A DNA stretch of 64,000 nt from an uncultured Planctomycetota bacterium (GCA_963823665.1 CAWGMQ010000010.1:2560001-2624000); one strand, 5' to 3'. Positions 1 through 8,861 are shown, counted from the first letter of the stretch. Numbers and translations are program-made. Notes: generated by a model not told the origin, from the sequence alone.

Positions 1-1
1 C

Positions 2-292
2 CAACACGATCTAAGTACCGGCAAAGCACTGCGAATTATCGGTCGGCCGTGTTTAATTGAAGCCAACGTACCGATCTCATCATTCCGCCCCTACACCTCT
101 CTAGGCGATAAGGTCATTCGCCGGTACTTGCTCAGCCACGGCTTCGATACTGGCGAAGGATGCGAGCATGAGGACAATACGTGCGACCAAATTCCAGCAA
201 CCAACATCGTGCGGGTTGTATTTCATGGTGAACAGGAATTCGCAACGCTTACCGGCTGCGATTTGTGGGAACCTCCGCTCGATGATTGTTGA
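2..292 (+). CDS. 3' end of a hypothetical protein running in from the window edge
   Basis: My translation of frame +2 is open from base 2 to TGA at 290-292 (QHDLSTGKALRIIGRPCLIEANVPISSF...LTGCDLWEPPLDDC*); not in the ORF track. Confidence 0.55.
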   Translation, partial: QHDLSTGKALRIIGRPCLIEANVPISSFRPYTSLGDKVIRRYLLSHGFDTGEGCEHEDNTCDQIPATNIVRVVFHGEQEFATLTGCDLWEPPLDDC

Positions 293-355
293 TAAGCCAC
301 ATAGCTATCTGAGTCGATCGGCATGGATGTAGCTACTGCGTACGGTTGAGTCGGC

Positions 356-709
356 ATGACGGCGGTCTCGAAGTCTTCGAGCAGCGCCAACCGAGCCGGA
401 GGCGAGTTCGAGCCCATTGCCGAAGCGATGCAGATTTCAATCGACGACCTAACACCTAGGAGCACGCGCATGGCCAGAAAACTCGAAGTCGAGTTGACGA
501 ACGCTGGGTGCAGCTTGGACCCGAAGAGGTTCATCGAGCTTCTCGAAGAACGGCACGCATCCATGCACCCTGGCTGGACCGTTGACGACCTTGTTTGTCA
601 CCCTGATGAAGCGAAGGCGTATTGCGAGCGGGTTCGGTCCGAGGTTGGAGCACCGGTGCCGGATCACGTCATCCTTCGGCGACTAATGAACGCCCGCAAG
701 GCACACTAG
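356..709 (+). CDS. Hypothetical protein with one copy of the helical domain repeated in the 1590-2531 protein
   Basis: 117-aa ORF; C-terminal HPGWTVDDLVCHPDEAKAYCERVR...ILRRLMNARK aligns by eye with HDGYSVDRTLADPQLAARFVKRCR...VCRRLLSLRK. Confidence 0.75.
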   Translation: MTAVSKSSSSANRAGGEFEPIAEAMQISIDDLTPRSTRMARKLEVELTNAGCSLDPKRFIELLEERHASMHPGWTVDDLVCHPDEAKAYCERVRSEVGAPVPDHVILRRLMNARKAH

Positions 710-1569
710 AAGTTGCACCAGACGACTTCGACCATTCGGCGCTTTTGCTTTCCGCCTGCCGCCTGATTCGGCAGGGTGAATTCATGCTGCGTCCAGTCTC
801 GAAGCCGCCTGTCATACACTTCTGACCGGTATCCCGATAACATGACGCGGCCCTTGCACTCGAGGATTGTTTCTAAGAGAGTTTCGTGCTGCTCGGCGCA
901 CATCTCAAACGAGTACACGTCATCCGACGTTCGAGTTTCGCTGAGATAGGGCGGATCTAGGTAAAACAGCGTTCGGCTGCCATCTTGCTGACGGATTACG
1001 TCAAGTGCATCGCGGCTAAGAATTGACACCCTCTGCAATCGCGAATGTACGTCAGCGAGTCCGGCTACAGCGTTCAGCCACGCGCTAGCCTGTTCATTCA
1101 TTCCGCGTCGTGTTCGCATGCGACTCAACGGTGCGAAGCCGTCCATTCGGCCAGCGAGGGATTGTCGGCAATGCACGAAAAACCGCACGGCGTCATCAAC
1201 CGGATCAGCTCCATTTGATTCGGACGCGAGTCGCCATTCGGCTTCGGAAAACGGGATTGCCGAAAGCACTCGGGCAAAGCGCGAGAATGAATCTTCCCCC
1301 TGGAGTACACGCCAGAAGTTGGTAAGCCGTCCGTCAATGTCGTTTACTGCTTCGCTGATGCCGGTCGGATCATTAACCAGCAATACCGACCCGCCCCCGA
1401 AGTAGGGCTCGCAGTAGTGCAACCACCCTGGATCGTTTGTGTCAGGATCATTCGAGTGCTTGCATCGTGCCGGCATCTTCGCAACGATCTTCTCGGCAAG
1501 ATAGTGTTTGCCACCATGCCATTTGAGCGGCGGCGAAATACGATTCGATGCACTGGCCATGCTTGGCAC
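706..1569 (-). CDS. Dam-like (D12 class) DNA N6-adenine methyltransferase
   Basis: PLKWHGGK, motif I EPYFGGGSV, NDID, motif IV YLDPPY, C-terminal EVVWCNF. Confidence 0.93.
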   Translation of the reverse strand: MPSMASASNRISPPLKWHGGKHYLAEKIVAKMPARCKHSNDPDTNDPGWLHYCEPYFGGGSVLLVNDPTGISEAVNDIDGRLTNFWRVLQGEDSFSRFARVLSAIPFSEAEWRLASESNGADPVDDAVRFFVHCRQSLAGRMDGFAPLSRMRTRRGMNEQASAWLNAVAGLADVHSRLQRVSILSRDALDVIRQQDGSRTLFYLDPPYLSETRTSDDVYSFEMCAEQHETLLETILECKGRVMLSGYRSEVYDRRLRDWTQHEFTLPNQAAGGKQKRRMVEVVWCNF

Positions 1570-1589
1570 CTTGAGCGTGTATGGGCGTC

Positions 1590-2531
1590 CTACGCGGCCT
1601 TCGGCAGCATGTTGAAGATTGGCTGATACGTCTCAATTGCCTTGAACTCAAATAAACGAAGGCTCACGCCACAAATGTCTTCTGGTCTCACAAAATCAAC
1701 CGTGATCTTGTCCGGGGAAGGAGACCAGAAGTGGTTTCCCACTGCGGCCAAAACGTCTTTATCCTGAAATATGCCGACCCCGAAACGTAGGTTCTCGGAC
1801 TGGCTCAGGAATAGATAGCGGCCTGGCTCCCGTAACGAAAAGACGCCCTCGGAGGAAGGCACTGTATCCAGTCGGATATTCGACAAGTGTCCGGGCGTGT
1901 GCCAATGGGCTTCAACCTTCGAGATGTCAAGGTGAGCCAATTCCTCCGCATCGGCCTTGCGTCGCGACCGAACGTTCTTCCGTAGGTGAAGTGCCGCCAA
2001 CCGAAAATCGACAGCATCTCCTGATCGCCCGACCTTGGCGACGTTCTCGTCGAAGGCTTTGCCGACATCGGGATCGGCCAAAAGGTCGTCGTAGCTCGCG
2101 TCATAGCGGTACGTCAACTTGGCGAACGCAATCTCGGCAGGAATTAGGAAGGGGTGTAGGTTCCGCTTGTCTTCTCTGGTCGTTTTGACCGGGAATCCAC
2201 CCGCTTTCCTCAGCGAAAGAAGCCGACGACAAACTGCGGCGTGGGGAGCGTCAATGCCGAGTTGCCGGCATCGTTTAACGAACCGAGCTGCCAACTGCGG
2301 GTCTGCCAAGGTACGATCAACGGAATACCCGTCGTGAATTTCTCCAAAAGCTTTGACGATAATAGAGTCTCGCGAGCTGTCCGGACGCAAGGGCGGCATC
2401 TCGATAGGGCGATTGGCAAGCATCTGTCCAACAGCGCCCACGGCCGAAAAGCCTCCGAACGCCGGGCGGGAGATCGGCCGGACAGTGCTGCCCAGAATTC
2501 GACTTATCGTCAGCTGATCTAAATCGTTCAT
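1590..2531 (-). CDS. Two tandem unnamed helical domains plus a degenerate GIY-YIG-like C-terminal domain
   Basis: Internal repeats ...SVDRTLADP...LRK and ...SYDDLLADP...LRK; C-terminal VPSSEGVFSL...YLFLSQSENLR...FE...YQPIFN resembles the GIY-YIG fold. Confidence 0.7.
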   Translation of the reverse strand: MNDLDQLTISRILGSTVRPISRPAFGGFSAVGAVGQMLANRPIEMPPLRPDSSRDSIIVKAFGEIHDGYSVDRTLADPQLAARFVKRCRQLGIDAPHAAVCRRLLSLRKAGGFPVKTTREDKRNLHPFLIPAEIAFAKLTYRYDASYDDLLADPDVGKAFDENVAKVGRSGDAVDFRLAALHLRKNVRSRRKADAEELAHLDISKVEAHWHTPGHLSNIRLDTVPSSEGVFSLREPGRYLFLSQSENLRFGVGIFQDKDVLAAVGNHFWSPSPDKITVDFVRPEDICGVSLRLFEFKAIETYQPIFNMLPKAA

Positions 2532-2532
2532 G

Positions 2533-2979
2533 TCAGTCGTAGTTCGAGATAAAGTGAATGGCGTTATTAAAGACGACCGCTACAGCACCTTGCTTCGTTT
2601 TTTTTCCCATTCGTTTCAGGAAGTTCGCCAACTCGCCTATCTTCACCGGATCTTCAACGTCTTCTCGCTTGGCAAGACTTTGGATCATGATTGGCTTGTC
2701 AGTCAGCAGTTGGCCATCGTTCTCGTCATCACGCCAGATACCACATAATTCGGTAAAGCCGGTCGCCCCACCATACAGCTTTCCCATTAAGTCGAGGGCT
2801 TGCGAGGCCCATTCAGCCTGATCCTTGAGTTTCGACTTGTCGCGTGCGTGACTCGGTATAAACACAATAACACAATCGTCCGCAAGACCAAATCGAAGGC
2901 GGCCCGTGAGCCACTGAGGGAATGAAGAATCAGCAGGTGCGTCCTTGGCCTTCGCTTTCGACACTAGCTTGTCCCTCAT
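2533..2979 (-). CDS. Hypothetical protein, DUF3574-like
   Basis: ATG at 2979 (or GTG at 2964 with GAGGGA RBS); LYGGATGF...GIWRD...QGAVAVVFN pattern; abuts the next gene. Confidence 0.65.
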   Translation of the reverse strand: MRDKLVSKAKAKDAPADSSFPQWLTGRLRFGLADDCVIVFIPSHARDKSKLKDQAEWASQALDLMGKLYGGATGFTELCGIWRDDENDGQLLTDKPIMIQSLAKREDVEDPVKIGELANFLKRMGKKTKQGAVAVVFNNAIHFISNYD

Positions 2980-3192
2980 CGGATTATGCGAGCTACCAAA
3001 ACATCCGGCATAGCACACACGCCCCCGTCGAAGACGAGGGCGCGGCCATTGAGTTGATTCAAACGCGCAAGCGTGCGGGCGGCAAGGGGTTGGTAGGTAA
3101 TGACGGGCTTGCCAGGCCAAACTTCTTGAAGGTGGCCTAGTAGCAAATCTGCCGCACAGCCGGTATTCTAGATTTCCTATTGACCGCCCCAG

Positions 3193-3279
3193 ATCGTATC
3201 AATGAATCGTATCAAGGGCGTTTGTATCAGAATTGGTGGGAAAAACGCTTGACTTAAACCTCTTAATGCCAACGAGTTA
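3193..3279. promoter_or_regulatory. Putative integrase arm-type repeats and IHF-like site at an element end
   Basis: ATCGTATCAA direct repeats at 3193 and 3206, partial TGTATCAG at 3223, TAA-N19-TTA at 3255-3279, directly before the tRNA fragment. Confidence 0.5.
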
Positions 3280-3288
3280 GAATCAATT

Positions 3289-3329
3289 GGAGAGGTGACA
3301 GAGTGGTCGATTGTGCGGCACTGGAAATG
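3289..3329 (+). tRNA. 5' half of tRNA-Ser(GGA); pseudo-tRNA / att-site core
   Basis: GGAGAGGTGACAGAGTGGTCGATTGTGCGGCACTGGAAATG gives acceptor 5' strand, D-arm and anticodon arm CGGCA-CT-GGA-AA-TG; no variable arm, T-arm or acceptor 3' strand follows. Confidence 0.8.
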
Positions 3330-3390
3330 ACGTTCAACGGGTGCCTATTGCCCTAAGTTGTTTGGAGACGAGTGGATAGGAAGATCGCCC

Positions 3391-3753
3391 ATGGTCAGCA
3401 AGGACCGTGAACAGACGCGGACAGAGGCCGCCCAGGCGACGCGACGGCAGAAGTCACGTGAGCTTGATGAGGAACACGAGCAGATCCTCAAGAAGGCGCA
3501 GATTTACTTGCTGTTCGAGGCGAAGCGCCCGATGTTCTGGAACGTCGCCGATATCCGAGAGGGGAAGGGCGAGGGTGGCTCACGCCGCTGGATCATTGCC
3601 GTGCATCTCCGTGCTCCGTCTGGGCATGAGGGATATCTGGGCGACCTCCTGTACGATGGCGAGCGGTTCTCGGAGTTGACGGACGTCGAATTGATGCGGC
3701 GGCGAGTGCAGCAGATCACGGCTGACCCCGGAAGTCCGTTGCCGATCGCATGA
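3391..3753 (+). CDS. Hypothetical protein coupled to a C39 peptidase-like gene
   Basis: ATG 3391; ATGA overlap with the next ORF; most of it recurs at 8862-9184. Confidence 0.7.
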   Translation: MVSKDREQTRTEAAQATRRQKSRELDEEHEQILKKAQIYLLFEAKRPMFWNVADIREGKGEGGSRRWIIAVHLRAPSGHEGYLGDLLYDGERFSELTDVELMRRRVQQITADPGSPLPIA

Positions 3754-4247
3754 GTACCGGACTTCCGCACTACCGCCAGGAGAAGAAGAATACCTGCGCC
3801 CTGGCGTGCCTGCGGATGGTCCTTGCTTCCTTCGGCACGGACGTCGAGGAGGGCACGCTCGAGGCCCGGGCGCACATGGAGATCGACGGTACAGAGATCG
3901 GCGAACTTGAGCGTCTTGCGCGGCAGTTCGGGGTCGTCGCAGACATCCAGGAGGCGACAGTGGCGCAGCTTCGGCACCTGCTGGAGGACGGGAAGCTGCC
4001 TATCGTCTACATCGACCGTGCTATCTTTTAATTGCGTCCCCGCCAACGGGCGCAGCACTCCATTCGCGACACCATCATCCACACCGTCATCCCCACGCGG
4101 GTCATTACCAGTTTTGTCACATACCATGACCCTCGCCAAGTTCGGGTCATCCGGAAGACCACTGGCCTCTTCCGTCAGGCATACGAAGCCCTGGGAGGGC
4201 GCTGCGTCGTCTGCTCCAAACCTGCGAGAGGCCTAGACCATGGCTAG
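3750..4247 (+). pseudogene. C39-like cysteine peptidase with in-frame TAA at 4029-4031
   Basis: QEKKNTCALACLRMVL (Q...C), HTVI and YHDP motifs; ORFs 3750-4031 and 4032-4247 share one frame. Confidence 0.75.
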
Positions 4248-4261
4248 CCGTGAGTCTCCCG

Positions 4262-4366
4262 CCGACTGCAAGTGCCTGACGCTCGGCAAAAGGTGGGTGT
4301 CTCACATCCCTGACGCTCGGCAAAAGGTGGGTGTCTCACATCCCAAAGGTGGGTGTCTCACATCCC
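4262..4366 (+). repeat. Element end with three tandem AAAGGTGGGTGTCTCACATCCC copies
   Basis: GGTGTCT at 4296, 4330 and 4352; the 4262-4309 flank resembles the reverse complement of 9373-9421. Confidence 0.85.
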
Positions 4367-4566
4367 CCCGGGTTTCGGGTAGGCGGGAAGACGATCGCCG
4401 CCGCCGCTTTCTCGGATCACTGCGTTTTCTGCCGTTGCGTCCACCGCCAGGCAGCGACCGCCGCAAGTTGCACGGCGCAGAAGTGTGGAGTCGCCCCGAT
4501 CCCCGTATGTTGCTGAGACTGCGGAGTCCGACTGTCCCGAGATCAGTGGATTTATCCTGCTCGAGT

Positions 4567-4980
4567 TCATTTGGCAGTCAGGTGCCAGTTTTCCAGGTTC
4601 AAGTCCGGCACCCGGCTGAACTCTGCGGTATTGGCGGTGACGAGTATAAGACTGGCAGAGCGGGCATGACCGGCCAAGAGCACGTCGTACGCACCGATCA
4701 TACAGCCCTGGGACTCCAAAAGAGCGCGAATGCGCGCGGCTTCCCTCGCGGCCTCTCCGTCAAAAACGAGCTCGCTAATCGTGGCCAGCAGCAGATCAAC
4801 CTTGGCCAGCTCCTTCGCCGGGTCGTCGCACTTTTCGACCCCAGTGAATAGCTCGTAACTTGTAATGCTGGAAATCGCGCAGTCTGCCGGCGGGACCGCA
4901 GCCATGTGTTGCAGCACCAGGGTGTGATGTCGCATCGCGGCAATGCATGTGTTCGTGTCGAGCAGATAGCGTATTGGCAA
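4567..4980 (-). CDS. vapC: VapC PIN-domain toxin
   Basis: YLLDTN, ITSYEL, IGAYDVLLAGHA, LVTANTAEFSRV. Confidence 0.93.
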   Translation of the reverse strand: MPIRYLLDTNTCIAAMRHHTLVLQHMAAVPPADCAISSITSYELFTGVEKCDDPAKELAKVDLLLATISELVFDGEAAREAARIRALLESQGCMIGAYDVLLAGHARSASLILVTANTAEFSRVPDLNLENWHLTAK

Positions 4981-4983
4981 CGA

Positions 4984-5217
4984 TCACCCCAGGATCGGAG
5001 CCGGCGGAACTCGCCCTTGGGTTGGACGCGCGAAGGCCGGATCGTCGATGCGAATGCGATCAAAGAACCCGAGCGGCCATGTCGCGGGCTTGATCGGTTG
5101 CAGGACAAGAGACTCACCCTGCCGTCGAATGGAGACGGTGTCTCCTTCCAGGTGAAACCCCTCCGGCAATTTCACGAGCTGGCAGCCGTCAATCCGTACT
5201 ATTTCAGCGACTTTCAT
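4984..5217 (-). CDS. vapB: VapB (AbrB/MazE-type) antitoxin
   Basis: MKVAEIVRIDGCQLVKLPEGFHL...VSIRRQGESLVLQP immediately upstream of vapC. Confidence 0.85.
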   Translation of the reverse strand: MKVAEIVRIDGCQLVKLPEGFHLEGDTVSIRRQGESLVLQPIKPATWPLGFFDRIRIDDPAFARPTQGRVPPAPILG

Positions 5218-5496
5218 CGCGTTGCCCCTTCTCATACGAAAAGCGTCGCGCATGTCCAATCATAGCAAAGCTAGCGTCCTTCCTCAAATGAGTGGACGAG
5301 GCGAGCCGGTGGATGTGTATCGGAAGGCGAAAGGCTGGTTTTGAGAAACGGGCGCCGGAAACAGGGCCGTAGCTTGTTTTCACCCGGGACAAGACGTTGG
5401 TAGTTCCTGGCAGACGCGCCTGAAACCGCCAGGCGCCTGGTTTCATCTCGCAGGCTTGGTATCAGGGAAGGGCGGATCGGTGTCTCAGAAGAAAAA

Positions 5497-5634
5497 CAAT
5501 TGGATACGACCATCTGTCATGCCGCGGACCGTGACCTCGTGGTCTCGGTATTCGCAGAGCAGCTTGTCACCGATCCTGCATTTTGGGGGCAGGTACGGGC
5601 CGTAAAGGAGCTTGAATCGTTCGGAGTCGATCAT
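5497..5634 (-). pseudogene. Truncated N-terminus of a planctomycete-type hypothetical protein
   Basis: MIDSERFKLLYGPYLPPKCRIGDKLLCEYRDHEVTVRGMTDGRIQ breaks off next to a GGTGTCT motif at 5479. Confidence 0.5.
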
Positions 5635-6212
5635 GGCTGTGATCCCGGATTGGGAGATGGGGGACCATGATTTCGGCAGCTTACCAGCGGACGGGATGGG
5701 GGACAATGGGGTGGTAAGGTGGAGGTTTTTTGGGGCGGGTCGGTATGGCGATTGATCGGTGTTGGATTCCCGTCATGTCACCCGTATCGATTTGACCGGC
5801 GGGGCCGCCTCTGAATCACCGATGGCGCGGCTCACGGCTGTGTGTGTGGACTGGCGTGTCGATTCGTTGGGCGTGACCTGGCGCCGGAGGCTTCGGTAGC
5901 GCAATCGACTGGCCAGTGAATCCCGGTACTCGCAGCGCGCTAACCCATCTCGGGGCAGTTGGCGGAGTGCGCTGAGGGTGCGTTGATTGGGCTTGGAATC
6001 GAGCCTTTCTCCGCATGGTGCGCCGAAATGGGCGACTCGGTTCCGGTCAGCTCTTCTCCGCTGGAGAACGACCCGCCCCAACTGAGTTGCATGTCGTGTC
6101 GCCGGAAGCTGTCGCCGGGACCTGGGCGTCCCAACTGGCATCGTGTTGTCTCGGTCCAACAAATTCATTCTCGGCCTGGAAACCGAACTAGAATCGGGAT
6201 GGGGAGGTTGCC

Positions 6213-6830
6213 ATGAGTGCTCGTCGCTCTGAACTATTGCCGAGATTCTGCAGTCGACGCCGTTCGGGGATGAACCTCTCATACGCTGAAGTCAACGGAA
6301 TCTATGCGATCGTCGAGGCCAACGCGAATAAAGCCAGAAAAACCAAGATATCAAAGCGGCTTGCGATTTCAGATCAGACGATCGCAACCCGATTGACAAG
6401 TCAACGGAACGGCAAGAAGAAGAAGAAGAAGAAGAATAGGAGGAAGAAGAATCGCTCTGATCGAATGAAACTCGCTGAGGCGAGGTTCGTAGTCCGCCTC
6501 GAAGAAGCGGAAGCGGTCGAAGACCGCGGAGACTACGGCAAGGCCGAGTTTCTCTACAATGAACTAATTTGCTTGTGCAAACGCGACTTTCGCATTGGCC
6601 GACACGAATTGGCGTTTCTATACCATGACTTGGCTCGCTTGCATCTTTGCCGGGATAGGTTGGAACTGGCGAAAATTCTATTCGAGAAATCGCTCGAGGT
6701 ATTCGTCAGGACGGTGGGTGTTGAGCATCGCTACACGCGCACCGTGAGAGCGGATCTTGCCGCCTTGGCTAGCGGAAGGGATTGCGGGGCTTCCGCCCGG
6801 AAAGGCACCAATTCCGTACGCGCCTACTAA
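6213..6830 (+). CDS. Lys-rich protein with C-terminal TPR repeats
   Basis: GDYGKAEFLYNE, LAFLYHDLARLH...AKILFEKSLE...GVEHRYT; start uncertain. Confidence 0.65.
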   Translation: MSARRSELLPRFCSRRRSGMNLSYAEVNGIYAIVEANANKARKTKISKRLAISDQTIATRLTSQRNGKKKKKKKNRRKKNRSDRMKLAEARFVVRLEEAEAVEDRGDYGKAEFLYNELICLCKRDFRIGRHELAFLYHDLARLHLCRDRLELAKILFEKSLEVFVRTVGVEHRYTRTVRADLAALASGRDCGASARKGTNSVRAY

Positions 6831-6907
6831 CTCGGAGGGTATCATGTTGCGGCGAGAACGCTGACTACATGAGTTGGGGCGCTCATCTGTCCGAGGGAGC
6901 GGTTGCG

Positions 6908-7040
6908 ATGTGGTGGACACCGAGTGGTGAACGAGCGCTGCTTGGCGCGGAGTGGGACTTTTTCCGTGAAGGGCTTCATCACTGTTGGGAGTGGGTCGAG
7001 CAATCGATGAATGATCCTGATCTGTTCCAAACCGGGGTCA
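6908..7040 (+). pseudogene. 5' fragment of a hypothetical gene cut at an element end
   Basis: GAGGGAG RBS then MWWTPSGERALLGAEWDFFREGL...DLFQTGV, followed by element-end and intron sequence. Confidence 0.55.
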
Positions 7041-7048
7041 GGTATGTT

Positions 7049-7781
7049 GCCGGGTCGCCCTGGCGGATCGCTCCGCCAGGGCTCCCACTGATCCGGACGT
7101 GCCCAATTAAGGCATCCGGCTCGTCATGTCGCGGCGTCGCTGTCCCTCACACGATCTGGTCGCCTCGCGGTGACGCGCTCTGAGGTCCAATGCCCTCGGC
7201 GTGGTTCCGGCTTCCAGTCCGCGACACGGTACCCCCTTCGCTCCACAGGGTCTGGGAGGGCCCATTCCCCCGCTTCACTGCTACTACGGAGCACTCCGAC
7301 TCCCGTCCGCCCATTTCGCCGCACTTCGTTGCCTTCGTTTGGCGATACCACCCTTGCGTCTTGTTCGCTCCCAGCGACCCGACGCGGGGTCGTGGGCCGG
7401 GGAGTTGGTATTCCGGTTCCCGAGCCGGAAATGTCAGTGGAGACGGATGGGGCTCTCAGGTTCCCGAGCAACCCTCGCGTCCCTGCGCCATGTTCTTGGA
7501 CCCCGGCAGGACCGAACACGCCAGGCCATTGCGGCGTGTCGACACGGCCCCCGCTTGTGTCTACAACGGAGGCTCCCACGATGAGTATTTCGGGGCTCGA
7601 TAGCATGGCATGGAGACTCGCTGTCTACGCTTCGCAGTGAGGGTCACCCCTCCCCACGCAAGACTTGCTTCCGGCTGCCGGCCAGGCTCTGCCGGGCGGG
7701 ATTCGTTAACCCGCAGGGTCGCGATGAAAGGTTTCTGTGTTTCGAGGCACTTCCTCCTTTCTCGAGCTTTTCCTGACGCAA
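7049..7781 (-). mobile_element. ORF-less group II intron (~733 nt)
   Basis: Minus strand begins TTGCGTCAGGAAAAGC; domain V GAGCCGGATGCC-TTAATT-GGGCACGTCCGGATC (7090-7122); domain VI hairpin ending GCGACCCGGC; EBS1 AGACAC loop (7557-7562) complementary to the 5' exon GTGTCT (7782-7787); no RT ORF. Confidence 0.9.
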
Positions 7782-7992
7782 AGACACCCACCTTCTGCGC
7801 AGCGTCTGACACGCGCTTTCTTCTTGTCGAAATGACGGGCGGCCGTGCCGTGGTTCTTCGCCGAACGTGTGGGCCGCGAACGCATGGATGCGGAGGGCGT
7901 GACAAGAAGGGTGGGTGTCTGGGTTCCTGGATGCGGAGGGCGTGACAAGAAGGGTGGGTGTCTGGGTTCCCGAAGGGTGGGTGTCTGGGTTC
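7782..7992. mobile_element. ~150-bp non-coding element with outward-facing GGGTGTCT ends, copy 1 (left tip 7041-7048 separated by the intron; right end reiterated)
   Basis: AGACACCCACCTT at left; GAAATGAC..GGCCGTG..GAACGTG..TGCGGAG..TGACA core shared with 9373-9519; GGTGTCT at 7914, 7957 and 7980. Confidence 0.75.
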
Positions 7993-8115
7993 CCCTGGGA
8001 GGGCGCTGCGTCGTCTGCTCCAAACCTGCGAGAGGCCTAGACCATGGCTAGCCGTGAGTCTCCCGCCGACTGCAAGTGCCTGACGCTCGGCAAAAGGTGG
8101 GTGTCTCACATCCCT
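7993..8115 (+). repeat. Direct duplicate of 4189-4311 (C39 gene 3' end plus element end)
   Basis: 123 bp, identical by eye, offset 3804. Confidence 0.9.
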
Positions 8116-8184
8116 TATAACAGAATGTAGCATTTTCCGGTATTCTGTGATATCGTTGAGCGGAACCGAAAGGAGGGTGCCGGC

Positions 8185-8469
8185 ATGAACGTTTCACTGA
8201 CCAAAGAGTTTGAGAGCTACGTCACGGAGAAGGTTGAGAGCGGCTTGTACCAGTCCGCCAGCGAGGTCATCCGCGATGGGCTCAGGCTGATGAGGGAACG
8301 GGATGAGTTGCACCAAAGCAGGGTGGCCGAGCTTCGCCGAGACATCGCCATAGGCATTGACCAAGCCGAACGTGGGCAGGTGCAGCCTTTCAACGAGGAA
8401 GTCACAGCCCGCGTCAAGGCACGCGGGCGGAAACGCCTGGCGGCCAAAGACAGATCGGACTCGGTATGA
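8185..8469 (+). CDS. parD: ParD-type (CC2985 family) antitoxin
   Basis: MNVSLTKEFESYVTEKVESGLYQSASEVIRDGLRL; AGGAGG RBS. Confidence 0.92.
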   Translation: MNVSLTKEFESYVTEKVESGLYQSASEVIRDGLRLMRERDELHQSRVAELRRDIAIGIDQAERGQVQPFNEEVTARVKARGRKRLAAKDRSDSV

Positions 8470-8756
8470 ATGAGCCGAGGCTCACCGAGCAAGCGGAGGC
8501 CGACCTAGACGAGCTATGGGAATACATCGCGGCGGATAACCCAGACGCCGCCGACCGCATGGTTGATGCCGTTCTGGAGAGCCGCATGCATGTTCGCTTC
8601 CCTGGCATGGGCCAAAACCGCGACGATCTCCGAGTGGGCCTGCGCTGCTTCGTCGTGTCGCCGTACGTAGTGTATTATCGGCCGATCGAGGACACGATCG
8701 AGGTGCTGAGGATTTTGCACGGAGCACGCGATATTAAAAATATCAGCATAGAATGA
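8466..8756 (+). CDS. parE: ParE/RelE family toxin
   Basis: LTEQAEADLDELWEYIAADNPDAADR...YVVYYR...IEVLRILHGARD. Confidence 0.92.
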   Translation: MNEPRLTEQAEADLDELWEYIAADNPDAADRMVDAVLESRMHVRFPGMGQNRDDLRVGLRCFVVSPYVVYYRPIEDTIEVLRILHGARDIKNISIE

Positions 8757-8861
8757 CTTCGCAGTTCTTTCTGAGAGGCCGAGCGAGGCGGGTGCCGGGA
8801 CGAGGCGGAGACCGGGACGCGATCAGTGAATGCAAAACTGTCCGCGTCCCGGTTTCACTTC

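Noticed and set aside
4029..4031. Programmed stop read-through in the C39 gene
   Set aside because: TAA is used as a normal stop elsewhere in the window; a nonsense mutation or base error is simpler
7124..7640. ORFs inside the intron as a maturase
   Set aside because: No RT motifs such as YADD; they are chance ORFs in structured GC-rich RNA
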